DNA from: Candidatus Thorarchaeota archaeon
GTDB taxonomy: Archaea; Asgardarchaeota; Thorarchaeia; Thorarchaeales; Thorarchaeaceae
Direction: 5' to 3'
Length of the DNA: 19,188 nucleotides
Assembly (NCBI GenBank): GCA_048882485.1
Contig: JBHLRP010000057.1
Coordinates: 1 to 19,188 of the forward strand
Each line of letters opens with the position of its first letter. Within the stretch, counting starts at the first letter, position 1. This document shows, piece by piece, positions 1 to 6,832 of the stretch. The notes below the pieces were generated by a model that did no database searches, was not told where the DNA came from, and worked only from the letters and a program-made list of their open reading frames with translations. Position numbers and translations under genes: made by a program.

Positions 1-237
1 GCAAGAAACTGGAATAAGTCATCTTGTATATCCAAGCCAATACTGGGTTAATATTCAGGATATGTCCCTGACAAGATATGGCTGCATATCTACACATAGT
101 GTCGACAGGTCACGATGTTTCGTTCGTCAATAGATTCAATCTCCCGTGCTTGTCAGATTTCTTTAGTGAAAGCTAATACATTTATGCAGCCCATTGTCAC
201 CGAGGTCCGCATTTATCATATAACATGAGGTGAATCA

Positions 238-1002
238 ATGGCAACAGATACTGAAGGCAAGTCGGATGCCGCTGGTGAAGCCAAGGATGATGTTAAGGTT
301 GTTCAGGAAATGCAATCCTTGAAGCTCATCCGTGATAGACGTTCTATACGTGAATTCACTGGCGAGAAACTACCCGACGAGCATTTAGAGATGATTCTTG
401 AAGCTGCCAGACATGCGCCAAGTCCCGAGAACATGCTCATGATTCGTTTTGTTGTAATACGAGACGATGAAGACATGAAAGTGTTCCTTGCTGACATAGC
501 ACAGGAGATGGCTCAATCAGCTTTTGGTGGAGCCCCCTTTGAGCTGACAAGCGGTAGGAACTGGTTCATCAACGATCCTTATCGGGCGGCTGTCTATGCT
601 AGGCTAAGAGATGGGGAGCTTTTCAGATATCCTGAGAAGAGTGACGCTGTAATAATTGTGTGTGCCAGCGAAATGTGGCATGATGCAGGGTATCAGTATC
701 CCAACGAGCTTTTCGGGTCCGTAGTTGCGGGTATGGCAATTCAAAATATGTGGCTGACGGCAACTGAACTCGGATATGGCTGCGGGTATGAGGCACTGGT
801 CTGCTCCGACCCGCGTCATGCAATGCTCATTCGTGACAGACTTGGAATTCCACCAACATGGACGCCCTTGACTGCGTTCTGCATTGGGACGCGAGTATCA
901 CCGCGTGCACTTGGACCCAGCAGACCACCTCTCGAGGGTCTAATGTACCAAGAGCGTTGGGGACTGCCATGGAAACGTTTAGCGTTCAGGAAGAAGAGGT
1001 GA
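238..1002 (+). CDS. Nitroreductase-family FMN-dependent oxidoreductase
   Basis: Nitroreductase motifs IRDRRSIREF, ILEAARHAPSPEN and GMAIQNMWLTATELGYG. RBS GAGGTGA at 227-233, ATG at 238. Confidence 0.9.
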   Translation: MATDTEGKSDAAGEAKDDVKVVQEMQSLKLIRDRRSIREFTGEKLPDEHLEMILEAARHAPSPENMLMIRFVVIRDDEDMKVFLADIAQEMAQSAFGGAPFELTSGRNWFINDPYRAAVYARLRDGELFRYPEKSDAVIIVCASEMWHDAGYQYPNELFGSVVAGMAIQNMWLTATELGYGCGYEALVCSDPRHAMLIRDRLGIPPTWTPLTAFCIGTRVSPRALGPSRPPLEGLMYQERWGLPWKRLAFRKKR

Positions 1003-1006
1003 TATC

Positions 1007-1534
1007 ATGGAAGTCAATTTCGAAGGAAAGACTCTGGAGAATATGAAGGAACTTGCAGAGGAAGCTGGATTGACTCCTGAAGGGTTCATTGAGGTTGTCA
1101 TGGAGCAATTCTGTGACAATAAGGGTGGACGAGTCTACACAGGTAGATGGTCCAAAGGCGAGGTTGATGGTGAGAAGGGATTCCGCTATGTGCCTCAATG
1201 GCCATTCAGACCCGGGTTCAAGGAAGCCACAGGCGACCTAGTCAAGAAATGGAAATCCGGAGGAAAGAAGTTTCGACCTCATCCTACCGGTGAGTGGCCG
1301 TTCTATCCACGCCTCAAGGAAGGCGATATCGAGCACGAGTATTGGACGTCAAAGAAGATGTACCATCAGGCGTTCTTGGAGGATAGGAAGGGACGAGTCG
1401 TCGTCACCATGGAAGGTGACCGCTATGATGAGTTTCTCCGCATAGTGAAGCAAAAGAAAGGGAATATCTGGACAGTCAGTGTTGATGCAGCGATGCAGGA
1501 AGCAGTCACTGACTGGATGACAAAGGAGGAATGA
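1007..1534 (+). CDS. Hypothetical protein, probably with two RHH-like DNA-binding domains (N- and C-terminal)
   Basis: RBS GAGGTGA at 996-1002 overlaps the upstream stop; the gene is packed in an operon. MEVNFEGKTLENMKELAEEAGLTPEGFIEVVMEQF and RVVVTMEGDRYDEFLRIVKQKKG...VDAAMQEAVTDWM each fit a strand-helix-helix pattern. The gene is well supported; the fold is an inference. Confidence 0.7.
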   Translation: MEVNFEGKTLENMKELAEEAGLTPEGFIEVVMEQFCDNKGGRVYTGRWSKGEVDGEKGFRYVPQWPFRPGFKEATGDLVKKWKSGGKKFRPHPTGEWPFYPRLKEGDIEHEYWTSKKMYHQAFLEDRKGRVVVTMEGDRYDEFLRIVKQKKGNIWTVSVDAAMQEAVTDWMTKEE

Positions 1535-1538
1535 GATA

Positions 1539-1898
1539 GTGTCACAATTACAGGAGTTCTTCAAATTTCTTTCTTCCAAGACCAATGAGAAGGAAGACCT
1601 CAAGAAAATGGTAGCGGACTGGATTGGCCCCTATGACGGAAAAATCCTGCAGGTACATACTGAAGAAGGTGACCAATACATGGTGGTCACCAAAGAAGGA
1701 ATGACACTTCATGAGGGTATCTATCCAAGTCCGGATGTGATATACAAAGCCAATTCTGCAACTCTCCTTGGCATCTTCACCGGTGAAGTGCCCTTCAAGG
1801 ACACAATGAGAGATGGCAGCCTCGAGGTCATAGGCAATGCACATGAGAGTGACTTTTTGGCCAATCTAATCCTTGCAGCCATGATGGGTGCGATGTAG
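1539..1898 (+). CDS. SCP2 sterol/lipid-binding domain protein
   Basis: GTG start after GGAGGA (1525-1530). 119 aa with an SCP2-like pattern: EGIYPSPDVIYKANSATLLGIFTGEVPFKDTMRDGSLEVIGN. Confidence 0.85.
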   Translation: MSQLQEFFKFLSSKTNEKEDLKKMVADWIGPYDGKILQVHTEEGDQYMVVTKEGMTLHEGIYPSPDVIYKANSATLLGIFTGEVPFKDTMRDGSLEVIGNAHESDFLANLILAAMMGAM

Positions 1899-1909
1899 GA
1901 GGGTCTGTT

Positions 1910-3034
1910 ATGGAAGTCAAGAAAATTGCAGTCATTGGCTCGGGTCTAATGGGTGCTGGAATTGCATATGTGTCCGCGTGGAATGGGTACGAGGTCACCA
2001 TGGTCGACATCAATCAGGACCTTGTGGACAAAGGCATGGAAAGGCTTCGAACCGATGTCATGACAGGCATTGACAAGGGCAAGATGACAATCACTGAAGC
2101 TGAGGGTCTAATGTCGAGACTGAGCGGGACAACTGACACTGAGGCTGCGGTGAAAGATGCTGACCTTGTTATCGAGGCAATTTTTGAGAACATGGAAGTC
2201 AAGAAGGAGGTCTTCGCCAAAATAGATGCGGTTGCACCGGCCCATTGCATCCTTGCGACAAACACGTCATCCCTCAGCATTGACGAACTAGCAACTGCTA
2301 CTGGTCGTCCTGACAAATTCATAGGAATGCACTATTTCTCTCCAGTCCCTGCAATGAAGTTGCTAGAAATAGTGCTCGGTGAGAAGACAAGCGAAGAAAC
2401 TATCAATGTCGCGAAGGCTGTTGGCCAAAAGCAAGGCAAGAAGACCGTTATTGCCAAAAATAGCCCTGGCTTCATCGTCAATCGTCTCCTAATGCCCGGG
2501 ATGCGTGAGGCAATCCTGATGCTAGAACGCGGTGAGGCTACGAAGGAAGAGATCGACACAGCAATGGTCAGCATAGGAAAGGCTCCTGCTGGTCCTTTCT
2601 CGCTGGGTGACTTTGTTGGATTGGACATTGCCTTTAACGCTATGTCCACACTCTACCGAGAGATTGGAGACTGCTTCAAGCCTCCTGACACCTTAGCAAA
2701 GCTAGTTGAATCTGGTGCTATAGGTATGAAGTCCAAGAAGGGATTCTATGACTATGCTGCTGACGATGTCCAACCTGAAGCGGCGAAGGGAGCTGACCCT
2801 GCTTGGATTGTGGAACGGCTGAACATGCCAGCGATTAGAGAAGCTATGATACTTGTTGACGATGAAATCGCCAACAAGGAAGACATTGACATGGCAATGA
2901 AGCTTGGTGCTAGCTGGCCTATGGGTCCATTTGAGATGGCTGACCAATATGGCTTAGATAGGTGTAGGGAATCCATCGGAAAGCTCGAGTCTGAGCTTGG
3001 TGAATGCTATAGCGTGCCCAAGTACCTGAAGTAG
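1910..3034 (+). CDS. 3-hydroxyacyl-CoA dehydrogenase (NAD-binding), with duplicated C-terminal domain
   Basis: Rossmann motif IAVIGSGLMGAGIA, then DLVIEAIFENMEVKKEVF, ATNTSSL, catalytic GMHYFSP...LLEIV and PGFIVNRLL. A second C-domain copy reads ERLNMPAIREA...DIDMAMKLGASWPMGPF. RBS GGAGG about 1898-1902. Confidence 0.96.
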   Translation: MEVKKIAVIGSGLMGAGIAYVSAWNGYEVTMVDINQDLVDKGMERLRTDVMTGIDKGKMTITEAEGLMSRLSGTTDTEAAVKDADLVIEAIFENMEVKKEVFAKIDAVAPAHCILATNTSSLSIDELATATGRPDKFIGMHYFSPVPAMKLLEIVLGEKTSEETINVAKAVGQKQGKKTVIAKNSPGFIVNRLLMPGMREAILMLERGEATKEEIDTAMVSIGKAPAGPFSLGDFVGLDIAFNAMSTLYREIGDCFKPPDTLAKLVESGAIGMKSKKGFYDYAADDVQPEAAKGADPAWIVERLNMPAIREAMILVDDEIANKEDIDMAMKLGASWPMGPFEMADQYGLDRCRESIGKLESELGECYSVPKYLK

Positions 3035-3043
3035 ATTTGAAAT

Positions 3044-3075
3044 GCAGGGCAAAACGCCCTGCCTTCCCCCTTTTT
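3044..3075 (+). terminator. Putative stem-loop terminator
   Basis: GCAGGGC (3044-3050) pairs with GCCCTGC (3056-3062), followed by CTTCCCCCTTTTT, starting 10 nt after the stop at 3034. Confidence 0.6.
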
Positions 3076-3118
3076 ACTATATCATCCCCTCTCACAGAAA
3101 TGGTATTTTAGGAGCGGA

Positions 3119-3126
3119 TTTTTAAG
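3119..3126 (+). promoter_or_regulatory. Putative archaeal TATA box for the enoyl-CoA hydratase gene
   Basis: TTTTTAAG about 35 nt upstream of RBS AGGTGA (3160-3165). Confidence 0.4.
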
Positions 3127-3170
3127 TAGGGCATATCCCAAACAGCTCAGATTTTCAACAGGTGATTGAA

Positions 3171-3983
3171 ATGCCAGAATTCGAAACAATGCTGTATAGC
3201 AAAGAGGGATCTTTCCTCTCCCCTGTGAAGAACACAGCGGTCATCAAGATGAACCGACTTGATGCACTCAATGCGATAAATGATCAATTCCTTCAAGACT
3301 TCAGCGATGCTCTAGATGAGGCCGAGAAGGATCCAGATATTCGCTCTATCGTGATTGCATCAAATCATGATAAGGTCTATTGCACTGGTGCTGACGTAAA
3401 GATGGCTCAGACGTTGCTGAGTGACCCAAGTAATGTAGGCGACCTCATAGCTCAAGGTCAGCAAATCGTTGATCGACTTGCCACAATGGACAAAGTGACT
3501 ATTGCTGCAATCAACGGACTGGCTCTCGGTGGTGGACTTGAGATTGCTCTAGCATGCGACATTAGGATTGCCGAGAAGGAAGCCAAACTGGGAACGCCTG
3601 AGGTGAGCTTAGGACTATTTCCTGCTTGGGGTGGATGCATGCGGCTACCCAGAATTGTGGGTCTTGGAAAAGCCATGGAACTGATTCTGACTGGTGGACA
3701 GGTGACAGCCGATGAAGCCATGGCCATGGGACTTGTGAGCAAAGTCGTGTCCAAGGATGAGCTTCTCAGCCAAGCAATGTGGTATGGTGCAAAGGTAGGA
3801 GGAAATGCTCCCATAGCGGTGAAGCTTGCTAAGAAGGCTACTCATTTGGCTCTGGAAGAGGGAACTGAACAGAACTTCAAATATGAAGTAGAAGCTTGTA
3901 CTGAGTGCTTTAAGACCAAGGACCTAGCTGAGGGAATCTCAGCTCTCCTAGAAAAGCGTCGAGGCAAATTCACAGGCGAGTAG
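3171..3983 (+). CDS. Enoyl-CoA hydratase (crotonase family)
   Basis: MNRLDALNAI, YCTGADVK, IAAINGLALGGGLEIALACDIRIA and LGTPEVSLGLFPAWGG; both catalytic Glu present. ATG 3171 is preferred over the track's GTG 3162 because that GTG lies inside the RBS AGGTGA. Confidence 0.95.
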   Translation: MPEFETMLYSKEGSFLSPVKNTAVIKMNRLDALNAINDQFLQDFSDALDEAEKDPDIRSIVIASNHDKVYCTGADVKMAQTLLSDPSNVGDLIAQGQQIVDRLATMDKVTIAAINGLALGGGLEIALACDIRIAEKEAKLGTPEVSLGLFPAWGGCMRLPRIVGLGKAMELILTGGQVTADEAMAMGLVSKVVSKDELLSQAMWYGAKVGGNAPIAVKLAKKATHLALEEGTEQNFKYEVEACTECFKTKDLAEGISALLEKRRGKFTGE

Positions 3984-3990
3984 AATTGTT

Positions 3991-4025
3991 GGTCCTCTCA
4001 CTAGGGAGGACCCCCCTCTTTCTTT
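3991..4025 (+). terminator. Putative stem-loop terminator between convergent genes
   Basis: GGTCCTCTC (3991-3999) pairs with GGGAGGACC (4004-4012): 9 bp with one G-U, loop ACTA, then CCCCTCTTTCTTT. Confidence 0.6.
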
Positions 4026-4057
4026 ATGCGGTGTGTAGTCACTGGACCAATTGGCAT

Positions 4058-5002
4058 CTAGCTATACCATTTCTTCAACCAGTTTAGAACTTCGTATCTT
4101 CTTAGCTCCTTGAATCCAATAGAGTCGTAAAGATGCTTTGCTGGATTCTCAAGGGTCACATCTAGGCGAACCCCACCAAGATCACTATAGGATGCCATCA
4201 GCCGCTTTAGTGTGTGTACCAGCAAAGCCCTTCCCAGACCCATTCGTCGTAGGTCCGGATCAATGCAAATGTCGGGTATATACGCATAGTTGCCTCGAAT
4301 TGTTATCAAGCATACGCCAACAAGAATATCAGCTTTCAACAAGACTCTTGAATCATCGGGGCTTCTGAATTCTCCATATCGATTCTCAATTGTGTTCTCA
4401 ATTAGCTTAATGGCAAGTTCTTCGGTGCTAAAGAACATAGGAAAGACATCCAAATCTATTGATCCCGCGTGACCTCTGAAAATTAGGTTACCAAGGGCTT
4501 CCTTCATTTCATCCTCAAAAGGAAGAAACGAAAAATCATCGCTTAATGGAGAATCATTTATCCTCTCCAGTACATCCCTGGTAATCTCCATCGAAGTGCG
4601 CTCGAAGCCTCTGAATCCTAAACCCTTTGCATGTTCACGCATACTGCCTTCAAGTGTACCACTTGTTTGAATCCAATCTCCCGTCGTCTTGAGACGGTTA
4701 AGTCCAGCTTCCAAGAGATCCTTCTGAATATCCTGAACTAGATGCCTGTCTAGAGCCTGGGCAGCTTCAGTCATGAAGATGATGCTTATGTTGTTAGATA
4801 CCAATCCGAGTACCACAATGCCAAGAATCTGATTCTCAGCATCCAACTTCGCATAAATTTCGATTGCCCGGCTATTCCAATTCTCGATGACTTGATCAAT
4901 AAAGGTTGGCGGGGGTTTCCGATTCTCTTCTAGAGATGCTAGATACTCTTCCAAAACTGACCTAACATCGTCGCGTCTGTCAAGTTCAAGGAGCTCTATC
5001 AT
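4058..5002 (-). CDS. GNAT-family N-acetyltransferase (probably tandem GNAT folds, N-terminal one degenerate)
   Basis: Acetyl-CoA motif A ICIDPDLRRMGLGRALL and motif B LDVTLENPAKHLYDSIGF in the C-terminal half; the N-terminal half ends in a similar AKGLGFRGFER segment. Confidence 0.88.
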   Translation of the reverse strand: MIELLELDRRDDVRSVLEEYLASLEENRKPPPTFIDQVIENWNSRAIEIYAKLDAENQILGIVVLGLVSNNISIIFMTEAAQALDRHLVQDIQKDLLEAGLNRLKTTGDWIQTSGTLEGSMREHAKGLGFRGFERTSMEITRDVLERINDSPLSDDFSFLPFEDEMKEALGNLIFRGHAGSIDLDVFPMFFSTEELAIKLIENTIENRYGEFRSPDDSRVLLKADILVGVCLITIRGNYAYIPDICIDPDLRRMGLGRALLVHTLKRLMASYSDLGGVRLDVTLENPAKHLYDSIGFKELRRYEVLNWLKKWYS

Positions 5003-5158
5003 AATTTCAAACCATGACTGAGGGTTCTAAGTGATTTGGTTCAGCGCAATTGCATGGAATTGCCACAAACACTAAGATAATGCCCTTCAAAACGAATCTT
5101 CTTCTAATCGTCAACCTTAAGTCCTCGTTGAATGAGAAATCGCGAGTAGTTACGGATT

Positions 5159-5191
5159 GAAAAAACCTGTTTTATGTTCCATAAGCAGGTT
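5159..5191 (+). promoter_or_regulatory. Putative BRE/TATA promoter of the thiolase operon, overlapped by an inverted repeat
   Basis: A-run (5160-5165) then TTTTAT (5170-5175), about 37 nt before ATG 5212. Imperfect inverted repeat AACCTGTTTTATG-ttc-CATAAGCAGGTT at 5164-5191. Confidence 0.45.
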
Positions 5192-5211
5192 CTGACACCG
5201 GAGGAAAAGAA

Positions 5212-6378
5212 ATGGCAAGAAAAGTTGCTGTCGTTGCTGGCGGCCACAGCAAATTCGGAAAACGGTACGATGCCACCATGAGAGAATTGTGTGCGGAAGC
5301 ATACAAGCCAATCTATGATGAAGGTATAACTCAAGACAAGATTGACGCCTCAGTTCTCTCCTATGCTGCATCTCAGTTCACTGGGCAGGGTGCCGGTTCA
5401 GCTCTAATAGCAGACTATATCGGGCTTCACGACAAGCCACATCTTAGGGTTGAATCAGCATGTACCACTGGCACAGCCTCACTGAGAGCTGCATGGGGCA
5501 TGGTAGCCGCTGGGCTTTATGATGTGATGTTGGTGCTTGGAGTAGAACAGATGAACAGGGTGTCATCTGCCACTGCTACTGAGTATATGAGTCAGGCAGG
5601 TGATATGCGCTGGGAATATCCCTTTGGAATCAGTTTCCCTGCATTCTATGCCTTAATGGCTTCGAAGTATATGGCTGAGTACAATATGCCGCACGACATA
5701 TTGGCGAAAATAGCAGTGAAATCTCACCATTATGGTGCTCAAAACCCGAAGGCACATCTCCCAAAAGAGGTGTCATTTGAGGAGGCGAACAACGCTGTTC
5801 CAATCTGCAGACCTTTGAATCTATATGACTGCAGTCTCATAACAGATGGTGCTGCTGCTGTCGTGATTGCCGCTGAAGACCGTGTGAAGGAGTTCACTGA
5901 CCGGCCAATGTGGATCAAAGGCATTGGAGCTGGAGCATCTGAGATGATGATTCAGGACCGTCCAAGCTTGACCTCAATTCCAGGAGCGAAAAGAGCCGGA
6001 AAGGCTGCCTACGAGATGGCGGGAATTGGTCCAGAGGACATCAACATGGCTCAGGTTCACGACTGTTTCACGATTGCTGAGCTCATTGCATATGAAGACC
6101 TAGGATTCGTTGAACCAGGAAAGGGCCCCGAGTTTGTCGAAAGCAAAGAGATGTATCACGATGGTAGACTGCCCGTAAATGTTGATGGCGGACTGAAGAG
6201 TAAGGGCCACCCGCTTGGCGCAACGGGAGTGTCAATGACATATGAGATACTGAAACAAATGCGTGGCGAGGCTGAGAAACCGTCACGCCAGATAAAGGAC
6301 GTTCAATATGGTTTGGCACACAACGTTGGGCAGAGCGGCCAGTTCGTCAACGTCTTTATCTTTGAGAGGGGATTCTAG
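5212..6378 (+). CDS. Archaeal thiolase (acetyl-CoA C-acyltransferase, SCP2-thiolase-like HDCF type)
   Basis: Active-site RVESACTTG, then VHDCFTIAE, NVDGGLKSKGHPLGATG and C-terminal AHNVG. RBS GGAGG about 5200-5204. Confidence 0.95.
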   Translation: MARKVAVVAGGHSKFGKRYDATMRELCAEAYKPIYDEGITQDKIDASVLSYAASQFTGQGAGSALIADYIGLHDKPHLRVESACTTGTASLRAAWGMVAAGLYDVMLVLGVEQMNRVSSATATEYMSQAGDMRWEYPFGISFPAFYALMASKYMAEYNMPHDILAKIAVKSHHYGAQNPKAHLPKEVSFEEANNAVPICRPLNLYDCSLITDGAAAVVIAAEDRVKEFTDRPMWIKGIGAGASEMMIQDRPSLTSIPGAKRAGKAAYEMAGIGPEDINMAQVHDCFTIAELIAYEDLGFVEPGKGPEFVESKEMYHDGRLPVNVDGGLKSKGHPLGATGVSMTYEILKQMRGEAEKPSRQIKDVQYGLAHNVGQSGQFVNVFIFERGF

Positions 6379-6794
6379 TGGCAGAGAAGAAGGAGCTTTA
6401 CCTGGGATACTCGTCGGATCGAGCTATGACCCCAATGCTTCAAGAATTTAATGAAGCTCTTGATCAAGAGAAGCTGATGAAGAGTGTCTGTACTAGTTGT
6501 GGTGCAGAGTATCTCCCTCCAAGGCAACACTGTCAGAAGTGTCTCAGCCAGTGTACGCTAGAGGAGTTCACTGAGCGTGAGGCTAAACTTGTTTCCTATG
6601 TGGTTGTCGAGTTTGCTCCTGAGAGTCTCTCAGCAAAAGCTCCCTACGTGGTGGCTATTGGAGAGTTTCCATCTGGGCGTAGACTCACAGCCCACATTAC
6701 GAATCTCATGAGCATGCCTGAAGTCGGAATGACTCTGAAGCTCGGCTTCGAACACATAGATGAGAAACGTCTAACCTACAAATGGCTAGTATAG
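6378..6794 (+). CDS. DUF35-family Zn-ribbon/OB-fold acyl-CoA-binding partner of the thiolase
   Basis: CTSCG...PPRQHCQKC Zn ribbon and APYVVAIGEF OB-fold motif. The GTG start overlaps the thiolase TAG (TAGTG). Confidence 0.93.
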   Translation: MAEKKELYLGYSSDRAMTPMLQEFNEALDQEKLMKSVCTSCGAEYLPPRQHCQKCLSQCTLEEFTEREAKLVSYVVVEFAPESLSAKAPYVVAIGEFPSGRRLTAHITNLMSMPEVGMTLKLGFEHIDEKRLTYKWLV

Positions 6795-6798
6795 AAGA

Positions 6799-6832
6799 AT
6801 GAGGGCTCTCAGCCCTCATGAATTTCTTTTTC
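6799..6832. terminator. Perfect 9-bp hairpin plus T-rich tract; probable terminator of the thiolase-DUF35 operon, possibly bidirectional
   Basis: ATGAGGGCT (6799-6807), loop CTC, AGCCCTCAT (6811-6819), then GAATTTCTTTTTCT. Confidence 0.65.

Noticed and set aside
3162-3170. GTG 3162 as the hydratase start
   Set aside because: The GTG is part of the AGGTGA RBS; ATG 3171 has the expected spacing.
303-6319. Short overlapping ORFs within the metabolic genes
   Set aside because: They overlap well-supported genes in other frames and show no motifs or RBS.
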